Shown here: positions 48,155 through 56,331 of the stretch, piece by piece
How positions within the stretch are numbered: position 1 is the first letter of the stretch
How the letters are laid out: the number at the start of each line of letters is the position of its first letter
Source of the DNA: a virus
IMG/VR virus record: IMGVR_UViG_3300042922_001062
Coordinates: 1 to 64,000 of that record
Length of the DNA: 64,000 bases
Strand: one strand, 5' to 3'
Notes under the pieces: generated by a model
What the model was told of the DNA's origin: nothing
The model's database searches: none
What the model saw: the letters and a program-made list of their open reading frames with translations, nothing else
Made by a program: the position numbers and the translations under genes

Positions 48155-48511
48155 ATGAAGAGCCAGTCCTACATGACGCGGGCGCTACGCGCTCGTGACC
48201 CCCGCTTCGCACGGATACTGGGGCGGCTCGGTTACGCCGCGCCGGAAATGACCCTCGAAGCTGCCCCCTCCGCAGTTCCCCTGCAGGCCAGTGAACCGCC
48301 AGCCGCTGGCGCTGATCGGTCGGCCTCCGCAAGCTCCGCCGATCCGCTCGACCACGACGGCGACGGCACGAAGGGCGGCAGCAAGCCGGCCGAGCAGAGC
48401 GAAGAACTCAGCGCGCTGCGTGCCGAATATCAGGCTGTACTCAACAAGCGCCCCTTCCACGGCTGGGACGCCGAGACCCTGAAGGCGAAGATCGCGGAAG
48501 CGAAGGCCTGA
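48155..48511 (+). CDS. Head-region hypothetical protein
   Basis: RBS GGGGAGG; DPLDHDGDG.KGGS, LRAEY..KRPFHGW. Confidence 0.6.
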   Translation: MKSQSYMTRALRARDPRFARILGRLGYAAPEMTLEAAPSAVPLQASEPPAAGADRSASASSADPLDHDGDGTKGGSKPAEQSEELSALRAEYQAVLNKRPFHGWDAETLKAKIAEAKA

Positions 48512-48514
48512 CCG

Positions 48515-49873
48515 ATGCGCATCCTCGGCCTCACCATCACTCGCGAGAAGGCGATGGCCCCTGTCGCCCCGCGTAGTGGCGGCTGGTGGCCGATCATCCG
48601 CGAGAGCTTCGCCGGCGCCTGGCAGCAGAACGTCGAGGTCAAGTTCGACGCCGTATTATCGAACCATGCCGACTTCTCCTGCCGCACGCTGATCGCCTCC
48701 GACATCGGTAAGCTGCGCATCAAGCTGGTGCTGAAGCAGGGAGAGATCTGGCAGGAGACGACGAACCCGGCTTATTCGCCGGTGCTGCGGAAGCCGAACC
48801 ATTTCCAAACCCGGCAGCAGTTCATGGAATGCTGGGTGTTCTCCAAGCTCCAGCGCGGCAACACCTATGTGCTGAAGCAGCGCGATGGCCGCGGCGTCGT
48901 CACTCGGCTCTATGTGCTCGATCCCAACTTGGTGACGCCCCTCATCGCTGAGGACGGCAGCGTCTTCTACCAGCTGAGCGCGGACCCGCTGGCGTCGATC
49001 GAAGAGAGCATCGTTGTTCCGGCACGGGAGATCATCCACGACCGCTTCAACTGCTTCTTCCATCCGCTCGTCGGGCTGTCACCGATCTACGCCGGCGGCC
49101 TCGCTGCAATGCACGGGCTGGCGATCCAGAACATGTCGGCCAGCTTCTTCCAGAACGGCGCGCAGCCCGGTGGCATCCTGACGGCACCCGGCGCGATCTC
49201 CGACGAGACCGCCGCACGGCTGAAGGCCACCTGGGAGGCGAACTACGGCGGCAAAAACCGCGGCAGGGTGGCGGTGGTCGGCGACAACCTCAAATATGAG
49301 GCTTTGACCGCCAAGGCCGTCGATTCCCAGCTGTTGGAGCAGCTGAAGTGGACCGCCGAAGTGGTCTGCTCGACCTATCATGTCCCGCCGTACAAGGCCG
49401 GCGTCGGCGCCGCCCCGACCTACAACAACATTCAGGCGCTCAACGTCGAGTATTACTCGCAGTGCCTGCAGGCGCTCATCGAGGCGATCGAGGCCTGCCT
49501 TGATGAGGGGCTCGGGATGGACGGTGTCACCATGGGCACCGAGCTCGATCTCGACGGGCTGCTACGCATGGATTCCGTCACGCAGATGGAAGTGCTCGAC
49601 AAGGGAAAGTCGATCATGACCCCTGATGAGCAGCGCAAGAAACTGGACCTCCCACCGGTCGACGGTGGCGACGTCGTTTATCGGCAGCAGCAGGACTACT
49701 CGCTGGCGGCGCTGGCCAAGCGCGATGCCAAAGACGATCCGTTTGCCAAAGCCGGAGAGGCGCAGTCGTCGGCTCCACCTGCGAACGACAACGGCGAACT
49801 TGAAGCGGCCCGTGCGGGGTCTTCCTTCAAGGAGACCCTTGCCAAGCGGAGGCAGGCTTATGTTCGATGGTAA
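48515..49873 (+). CDS. HK97-family portal protein
   Basis: KPN..QT..QF, GNTY, GLSPI, FFQNGAQPGGIL, MTPDE.R..L.LPPV.GGD. Confidence 0.92.
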   Translation: MRILGLTITREKAMAPVAPRSGGWWPIIRESFAGAWQQNVEVKFDAVLSNHADFSCRTLIASDIGKLRIKLVLKQGEIWQETTNPAYSPVLRKPNHFQTRQQFMECWVFSKLQRGNTYVLKQRDGRGVVTRLYVLDPNLVTPLIAEDGSVFYQLSADPLASIEESIVVPAREIIHDRFNCFFHPLVGLSPIYAGGLAAMHGLAIQNMSASFFQNGAQPGGILTAPGAISDETAARLKATWEANYGGKNRGRVAVVGDNLKYEALTAKAVDSQLLEQLKWTAEVVCSTYHVPPYKAGVGAAPTYNNIQALNVEYYSQCLQALIEAIEACLDEGLGMDGVTMGTELDLDGLLRMDSVTQMEVLDKGKSIMTPDEQRKKLDLPPVDGGDVVYRQQQDYSLAALAKRDAKDDPFAKAGEAQSSAPPANDNGELEAARAGSSFKETLAKRRQAYVRW

Positions 49874-51146
49874 GGCTTTCGGCGAAGGACTGGCCTCGTC
49901 TGTAGCTGACCATATCGACGCTATTGTCCAGCCTCTGCTGAAGCGTATCGAGGAACTGGAAGCTCGCCAGCCCCAGCGCGGCGAAAAGGGTGCCGATGGC
50001 CGCGATGGCACCAGCGTGACCTTGGCTGACGTCGAGCCGGTCATTGTGCAGGCCATTCGGCTCGCGATGTCTGGGCTGCAGCCGGCGCGCGATGGTGCCG
50101 ATGGAAAGGATGGCCGCAGCATCACGGTCGAGGATGTGGCGCCCCTCATCGCCCAAGAGGTCGCCAAGGCCGTGGACGCCCTTCCGGTGCCCGTTGACGG
50201 CAAGGACGGCCGTGACGGTGAAACGCCCGGCGACGAGCAGATCGCCGCCGCTGTCGCCCGTCACTTCGAAGCGAACCCGCCTGCCGCCGGCCGTGACGGC
50301 GTCGATGGCGCTCCGGGTCGGGATGGCGCCGACGGCAAGGATGCCGCGCCTATCACCGATGCAGCGCTCCACGATGCCGTTGCGCGCTATCTCGCCGCCA
50401 ATCCGCCGCCGGCGGGTCGTGACGGCCGGGACGGTGTTGACGGCAGCCCTGGCAAGGATGGCGCCGATGGAGCGCCGGGACGGGACGGTGTCAACGGCAA
50501 GGACGCTGCGCCTATCACCGACGAAGACATCAACCTCGCTGTCACGCGCCATCTGCAGACCAATCCGCCAGCCGCCGGCCGGGACGGGCGTGACGGTATC
50601 GACGGCGCGCCCGGCCGGGATGGGATCGACGGCAAGGATGGCGCGCCTGGGAAGGATGGGTCTGATGGCCGTGACGGCGTCGGTCTCGCCGGCGCGCTCA
50701 TTGACCGGGTCGGCCAACTTGTCGTGACACTCACGGACGGCAGCACGCGCGAGCTCGGACCCGTCATCGGTCGCGACGGCCGTGACGGCGCCAACGGGCG
50801 GGATGGAGTGCCTGGTCGCGACGGGTTCTCGCTCAAGGATTTCGACGCCGAACTGAAGTCGGACGGCCGGACGCTGGTCCTGAAGTTCGACGACGGGTCG
50901 GACATCGCCTTCGCCGTCGAGCTTTCCTTCCCGGTCATGATCTATCGGGGTGTCTTCAAGGAAGGGCAGCCCTACGAGTGCGGTGACACCGTGACGTGGG
51001 CGGGCTCGCTGTGGCACTGCGATGCCGCCACCTCGGAGCGCCCCGGCGAAGGTTCGAAGGCGTGGACCTTGGCGGCGAAGCGCGGCCGCGACGGCAAGGA
51101 AGCCGTCTCGCTCCCGCGCGACCGCAACGAACCGGTGAAGCTGTGA
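49860..51146 (+). CDS. Collagen-like (GxD repeat) head accessory protein
   Basis: Three NPP.AGRDG..DG.PG.DG..GKD repeats; C-terminal YRGVF..TVTW.GSLW domain. Confidence 0.75.
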   Translation: MFDGKAFGEGLASSVADHIDAIVQPLLKRIEELEARQPQRGEKGADGRDGTSVTLADVEPVIVQAIRLAMSGLQPARDGADGKDGRSITVEDVAPLIAQEVAKAVDALPVPVDGKDGRDGETPGDEQIAAAVARHFEANPPAAGRDGVDGAPGRDGADGKDAAPITDAALHDAVARYLAANPPPAGRDGRDGVDGSPGKDGADGAPGRDGVNGKDAAPITDEDINLAVTRHLQTNPPAAGRDGRDGIDGAPGRDGIDGKDGAPGKDGSDGRDGVGLAGALIDRVGQLVVTLTDGSTRELGPVIGRDGRDGANGRDGVPGRDGFSLKDFDAELKSDGRTLVLKFDDGSDIAFAVELSFPVMIYRGVFKEGQPYECGDTVTWAGSLWHCDAATSERPGEGSKAWTLAAKRGRDGKEAVSLPRDRNEPVKL

Positions 51147-51442
51147 TGACCCTGATCTCTCTGGAAGAGGCGAAGCAGCACCTCAAGGTGGATGACGCCG
51201 CCGAGGATACCGAGATCGGAAATTTGGTCGCGTCCGCGTCGGACATGATCATGGATTACCTGAAGCGGACGGAGACCGGCTGGGATGAAGCTACCACGCC
51301 TCCGCTGGTGAAGGCGGCGACCAAGATCATCCTGTCCGGGCTCTATGACGATCGTGAGGGCACCGGCGCCGGCGACTTCTTCGCGCCGAATGGAGCCGTA
51401 GCCCGGATCTTGGCCCGCTACCGTGATCCCGCGATCGCCTGA
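51146..51442 (+). CDS. Head-tail connector (gp6-like)
   Basis: ISLEEAKQHLKVD..D.EI..P..VKAA..LYD.RE. Confidence 0.85.
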   Translation: MTLISLEEAKQHLKVDDAAEDTEIGNLVASASDMIMDYLKRTETGWDEATTPPLVKAATKIILSGLYDDREGTGAGDFFAPNGAVARILARYRDPAIA

Positions 51443-52055
51443 GGCCGCCTGGCCGGATTGGAGCGGCCGAACCTGTGTCGTGGTGGCCTCGGGGCCGAGT
51501 GCCGGCAACATTGACGTCGGCCTCGCGCGCGGAGCGTCGCCGGTAATCGTGATCAACGAAAGCTGGCGGCGCGCACCGTGGGCCGACGTCCTCTATGCCT
51601 GCGACCATGCATGGTGGCGGCACCGCGCCGGTGTCCCCGAATTCCGCGGAGTGAAGATCGCCGGCGACAGGCGTGCCTCCAACGAAGGCTGGGGCGTGCT
51701 GGCCGTAAGGGTGCGCCGCGTCGATACGATGGTGTTCGGGGAACCTGATGTGGTCGGGCGCGGCGGCGGCGCCAGCGGCTTTCAAGCCGTGAACCTCGCC
51801 GTGAACCGGGGTGCCCACCGGATCCTGCTTGTCGGCTTCGACATGCTGCCGGGCCGCCGGCACTGGCATCCCGATCACAGCGGGCGCCTGAGGAATCCGA
51901 CAGACCATCTCTTGCGGCTTTGGGCGAGCGCGCTCGATCGTGCGGCCGAGCCGCTTCGGGCGCGAGGCGTCGAGGTCGTGAACTGCAGCCCAACATCGGC
52001 GCTGACGGCATACCCCCAGATCGAATTCAAGGAGGCGGTGAGATGCGCGAACTGA
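51423..52055 (+). CDS. Glycosyltransferase-like protein (sialyltransferase/Maf-type motifs)
   Basis: VVVASGPS, VIN, SG..AVNLA..GA.RILLVGFDM. Confidence 0.55.
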   Translation: MIPRSPEAAWPDWSGRTCVVVASGPSAGNIDVGLARGASPVIVINESWRRAPWADVLYACDHAWWRHRAGVPEFRGVKIAGDRRASNEGWGVLAVRVRRVDTMVFGEPDVVGRGGGASGFQAVNLAVNRGAHRILLVGFDMLPGRRHWHPDHSGRLRNPTDHLLRLWASALDRAAEPLRARGVEVVNCSPTSALTAYPQIEFKEAVRCAN

Positions 52056-52618
52056 CCACCCGCAGCGGCCGCCGGCCGTCTCAACTCCCGGAAGAGCTCT
52101 TCGCCTTCACCGACCTCCTACGCGCTCGCGGGGTGACGTCGTACCTTGAGGTCGGTGCGCGACACGGCGACACCTTCAATACCGTGATGCGCTCGCTCCC
52201 TACGGGCGCTCGCGGTGTTGCCGTCGATCTCGGCGGCGGCCCTTGGGGCACGCTGAAGAGTGTTCGGGCGCTGGAGGATACGGTCCGCGCGCTTCGTCTC
52301 GACGGCTACGATGCCGATGTCGTCTTCGGCGACAGCACATCGGAGGAGGTCACCTCCGCGGTAGCCGCTACGGCGCCGTTCGATGCCATCTTCATCGATG
52401 GTGATCACCGCTACGACGGCGTAGCTGCGGACTGGAACAACTACGCCCGCATGGGCAAGATCATCGCATTCCATGACATCGCCGGCGACGGCATGACGGA
52501 TCGCGCTGGCAATCCCGTCGAGGTGCCGCGGCTCTGGGCAGAGATTCGAGCCGTCTGCAACACCGTCGAGTTCATCGCGCCCGGCTCCGCAATGGGTATC
52601 GGCGTCGTTCTGCCGTGA
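52043..52618 (+). CDS. Class I SAM methyltransferase (Methyltransf_24-like)
   Basis: YLEVG...G, GDS, FDAIFIDGDH.Y, IAFHD. Confidence 0.85.
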   Translation: MRELTTRSGRRPSQLPEELFAFTDLLRARGVTSYLEVGARHGDTFNTVMRSLPTGARGVAVDLGGGPWGTLKSVRALEDTVRALRLDGYDADVVFGDSTSEEVTSAVAATAPFDAIFIDGDHRYDGVAADWNNYARMGKIIAFHDIAGDGMTDRAGNPVEVPRLWAEIRAVCNTVEFIAPGSAMGIGVVLP

Positions 52619-53403
52619 GGGCGATCATCGTGGCGGCGCCGCGCGCCGCTCATCAGCAAGGCTTCGGCGGCGCTTTCGCCGCAGGCCTGCGCCGCCATGG
52701 CGTCACGGTGGAGATCCTGCCGGCGCCTGCGCCGTGTGACCTTCTCGTGCTCTGGGGCGTCCGCCAGCGCGGGGCGATCGAACGGCAGAAGGCGGCCGAG
52801 GGCGAGGTCTGCATCCTCGAGCGCGGTTACGTCGGCGACCGCTTCACATGGACATCGGTGTCATTCGGCGGCGGCTTGAACGGACGGGGCGAGTTCCGCG
52901 GTCCTGTCGATGATCGCAGCCGCTGGGATCGGCATTTCGCTGGCCTCATGCGGCCGTGGCGGCGACAGGCGGGCTACGCGCTCATCATGGGTCAGGTGCC
53001 CACGGATGCCGCGCTGCGCGGCATCAACCCGATGCGGCTATGGAACGATGCCGCCGCGCGCCTGAGAGAGCAGGGCGGGGAGGTTCGCTTCCGCCCGCAC
53101 CCGAAGGCACCCGGCGTCAGGCTCCGCGGTGTCCCGCTGGCGTGTGGCGGCCTCGACGAGGCCTTGGCCGGGGCATCGGTCGTCGCCACGATCAACAGCA
53201 ACAGCGGCGTCGATGCCGTCCTAGCCGGTGTTCCGACTGTGGCGCTCGATGCCGGCTCTATGGCCAGGCCCGTGGCCGCGCACGATGTGGGCGAGATCCT
53301 GACGCCGGATCGTGAGGCATGGGCCGCCCGGCTGGCGTGGTGTCAATGGACCATCGATGAACTCGGGTCCGGCCTCTGCTGGGAGATGGTCGGCCATGGC
53401 TAA
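52615..53403 (+). CDS. KpsS/KpsC-like capsule glycosyltransferase
   Basis: ILERGY, GQVPTD, FRPHP, TINSNSGVDAVLAGVP. Confidence 0.6.
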   Translation: MRAIIVAAPRAAHQQGFGGAFAAGLRRHGVTVEILPAPAPCDLLVLWGVRQRGAIERQKAAEGEVCILERGYVGDRFTWTSVSFGGGLNGRGEFRGPVDDRSRWDRHFAGLMRPWRRQAGYALIMGQVPTDAALRGINPMRLWNDAAARLREQGGEVRFRPHPKAPGVRLRGVPLACGGLDEALAGASVVATINSNSGVDAVLAGVPTVALDAGSMARPVAAHDVGEILTPDREAWAARLAWCQWTIDELGSGLCWEMVGHG

Positions 53404-53743
53404 CACCCCGCGTGTCGGCGAGCTTCGGCATCGTCTCGCTTTCGACAAGCGCGGCCAAGGCAATGATGGTTTCGGCAACACGGTGACATCCTGGCAGGAG
53501 CAGTTCGTTGTTTCCGCCGCCATGCGCCCTCGCGGCGGCTCGGAGGCCGTCATTGCCGCCCGCCTCGAAGGGCGCAACCTTGTCGGCGTCTATGTGCGGT
53601 CATCGACGCAGACCCGCCAGATCACGACTGACTGGCGTTCGCGCGACGTCCGTCGAGGCACCGAATACGCCATCGTCCACGTCGATGCCGTCACCGATCC
53701 GGCGTGGGTCTATCTCGATATCCGCAGCGGGACGGCGGCCTGA
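53396..53743 (+). CDS. Head closure / head-tail adaptor
   Basis: GELRHRL.F..DG.G..W. Confidence 0.8.
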   Translation: MANTPRVGELRHRLAFDKRGQGNDGFGNTVTSWQEQFVVSAAMRPRGGSEAVIAARLEGRNLVGVYVRSSTQTRQITTDWRSRDVRRGTEYAIVHVDAVTDPAWVYLDIRSGTAA

Positions 53744-54246
53744 TGGCCCGTCGCGGCGGGATCATCGGGCTGGCGAAGCTCGATCGAAAGTTGAAGCGGC
53801 TTCCACAAGTCGCTCTCATCGAAATCCGCTCGGCGATGGAAGCCACCGCCGGGCAGATCGTCGCTCTCGCGAAGTCGCTGGCGCCGAAGGAAAGCCACGC
53901 GCTGGAGAGGTCAATCGGCTGGACGTGGGGCCAGCCGCCTCGGGGCTCGATCACATTGGGCAAGGTGGCCCGCTCCGCTCTCGGGAAGCAACTCACCATC
54001 ACAATCTACGCCGGGGACGACGAGGCGTTCTATGCCCGATGGGTGGAGTTCGGCACGGCGCCGCATAGCCTTGCCAGCGGTGCGGATGTCGGCCGGAGCA
54101 AGAGGCAGGACGGCGGTGCCCAGCATCCCGGCGCGGCGGCGCATCCGTTCTTCTTCCCGGCCTACAGGGCAAACCGCAAGGAAGCGAAACGCAAGGTCCG
54201 CGCGGCGACCCGCCGAGCGGCCAAGCGCGTAGCTGCTGGAGGCTGA
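53743..54246 (+). CDS. HK97 gp10-like tail component
   Basis: FYARWVEFGT..AHPFFFPAY. Confidence 0.85.
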   Translation: MARRGGIIGLAKLDRKLKRLPQVALIEIRSAMEATAGQIVALAKSLAPKESHALERSIGWTWGQPPRGSITLGKVARSALGKQLTITIYAGDDEAFYARWVEFGTAPHSLASGADVGRSKRQDGGAQHPGAAAHPFFFPAYRANRKEAKRKVRAATRRAAKRVAAGG

Positions 54247-54247
54247 T

Positions 54248-54637
54248 ATGGACGCCTCGCTGGAACTGCAGGGCAAGCTGTTCGCCGCCCTCACCGCGGC
54301 GGGAATCGCCGGCGGCCGTGTCTACGATCACGTCCCGCCCGATGTCGCTTTCCCGTATGTCAGCTTCGGGCCGTGGACGTCGACGAGCGATGATGCCGAC
54401 TGCATCAGCGCCGACGAGATCACCGGGCAGATCGACGTCTGGTCCCGCCAGCCCGGCTTCGTCGAAGCGAAGCAGATCGCTCGCGCTGTCCGCGACGTCT
54501 TGCGGGATGCCGACCTGACATTGGCAAGCAATGCGCTGGTGCTTCTTGAGCACCGCATCACTCGCAACATGCGCGAGGCCGACGGCCTGACATCGCGCTC
54601 GGCGATCACCTTCACGGCTCTGATCGAAGAGCCCTGA
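54248..54637 (+). CDS. DUF3168 tail terminator
   Basis: GRVYD.VP...FPYV.FG..IDVWS. Confidence 0.85.
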   Translation: MDASLELQGKLFAALTAAGIAGGRVYDHVPPDVAFPYVSFGPWTSTSDDADCISADEITGQIDVWSRQPGFVEAKQIARAVRDVLRDADLTLASNALVLLEHRITRNMREADGLTSRSAITFTALIEEP

Positions 54638-54703
54638 TCCCTCGGCACCGCCCGAGATACCCGCCCGCTCTGCGGGCTTTCTGTGCTGCGACAGGAGATT
54701 TCA

Positions 54704-55141
54704 ATGGCACAGCCCGAAACCATCAAGGGCGGCAAGGTCAAGGTCTTGCTCGGCTCCGGCTCGCCCATCGATTACGGCGCCCCGTGCGGCTTCACCTCGA
54801 AGTCGATCACGCTGACCAAGGGCCTCGAAGAGGTGAACATTCCGGACTGCGACAACCCCGATGCGGTATCGTGGGTCGGCCGGGATGCTTCCAGCCTCTC
54901 GATGGCCGTTTCCGGCGAAGGTGTCACCGCTGCGGAATCGGTCGAGGTCTGGCTCGATGCCTGGGAGAGCGTCGAGAGCGTTCCGGCTCAGGTCGTGTGG
55001 GAGTTCCCGAGCAAGACGATCACCTGGGAGGGCTTCATGCACGTCGAGACCATCGAGGCGACTGCTCCGAACGGGCAGCGCGTCACGCAGACGGTGAGCA
55101 TGCAGTCCGACGGCGAGATGGTGCGCGTGGTGACGCCGTGA
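54704..55141 (+). CDS. Tail tube protein
   Basis: PCGFTSK..IPDCD.PD..SGEG..QSDG; position. Confidence 0.8.
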   Translation: MAQPETIKGGKVKVLLGSGSPIDYGAPCGFTSKSITLTKGLEEVNIPDCDNPDAVSWVGRDASSLSMAVSGEGVTAAESVEVWLDAWESVESVPAQVVWEFPSKTITWEGFMHVETIEATAPNGQRVTQTVSMQSDGEMVRVVTP

Positions 55142-55503
55142 GCCGAGACGCCAGGTTGGTCACCAAGGTCGCCGGCGTCGATGTCGAGTTTCGCCTCGGC
55201 TGGGGGCAATTGGTGACCCTCCAGGAAACGTGCGACGCCGGTCCCTTCGTTATCCTCAACCGGCTTGCCGACGGATCGTGGAAGACCGACGACATCGCCG
55301 CCACCTTAGTGCTCGGCCTTGTCGGTGCCGGGCGCACGCATATGGAGGCGCTCGGCATCGTCGAAGGCTGGCTCGACGAAAAGAACGGGCGGCTGCCGGT
55401 CGAGAACCTGACGCTCGCCCAGGCGGTGCTCGGCGCCAGTCTTGTCGGCGCGCCGGATGAACCGCTGGGAAAAGCGGCGGCGGCGGATCAGAAGATCGCC
55501 TAG
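55138..55503 (+). CDS. Tail assembly chaperone, with -1 frameshift extension to 55709
   Basis: GTA-gp10-like FRLG..LQE.CDAGP; G GGA AAA at 55467-55473. Confidence 0.8.
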   Translation: MSRDARLVTKVAGVDVEFRLGWGQLVTLQETCDAGPFVILNRLADGSWKTDDIAATLVLGLVGAGRTHMEALGIVEGWLDEKNGRLPVENLTLAQAVLGASLVGAPDEPLGKAAAADQKIA

Positions 55504-55719
55504 ACGATCTCCCGAACGGCAAGTTCAGGTTCGCCGCCATTTACGGGGCCGGGGCGGTCCTCGGCTTCACCCCGCAGCAGGTCGACGCCATGTCGATGTG
55601 GCAGTTCATGGCCGCCGTCGAAGGCTATGCCGCCGCGCACGATCCGAAGGCCGGGCAGCGGCTTAGCGCCCAAGAAAAGGACAGCCTCGCCGACTGGCTC
55701 GGGATTTAACCGGCGCTGG

Positions 55720-56319
55720 TCACCTGTCGGTTATCTCCGGCGGGTGTTGGCCTCTGTCGTCGGTTACACAGCGGGCGCGCTGCGGCAGATCGAGGCCAAG
55801 GCCGTTCTTCGCTGAGAAGTCGAAGGTCACCGCGACGTTGCCCGTCGGCGCTCTGTAGACGTTCGTTGTGAACCATGACTTGTCGAACGACGACGGGAAG
55901 CGAAGCGTCCTCCTGACGGACGTCTCGCACCGGGCGACGAGCTCGGAATCCGGAATGGCGACCGTCTTCTGCTGGATGGATACCGGGGCCAATCCGGCAT
56001 CAAGGTCGGCGGCAGTGAAATAGAACCGCTGCAGGTTCGTGCAGTCCACAAAGATCACGATCTTATTGGGCGGGGCGCTCCGGGTATCGGAGAGCTCCGA
56101 GACTTCCACCTTGTCGCATGCCGGGTTCGAAGCGGCTCGCTCGGCGGCCACCTTTCGGTAGCCATCGATACGAGCGACGGCCTTCGCGCCCCATTTCGCG
56201 AATGTCGTCGGATAACCCTTCGGGGTGTACGGCGCGTAGGCGATGGGATCGACCACGCCAGCGGGCGCCGCCGTCGACACCCAGGCGCCCAACAATCCGA
56301 TCAGCAGGCTCTTGAGCAA
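55720..56319 (-). CDS. Secreted protein (moron before the tape measure gene)
   Basis: Signal peptide, four Cys, opposite strand. Confidence 0.65.
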   Translation of the reverse strand: MLKSLLIGLLGAWVSTAAPAGVVDPIAYAPYTPKGYPTTFAKWGAKAVARIDGYRKVAAERAASNPACDKVEVSELSDTRSAPPNKIVIFVDCTNLQRFYFTAADLDAGLAPVSIQQKTVAIPDSELVARCETSVRRTLRFPSSFDKSWFTTNVYRAPTGNVAVTFDFSAKNGLGLDLPQRARCVTDDRGQHPPEITDR

Positions 56320-56331
56320 GAGAACCCCCCT

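Noticed and set aside
50270-50680. CRISPR array or non-coding tandem repeat
   Set aside because: Repeats are in-frame collagen-like coding repeats with synonymous variation; no spacers or cas genes
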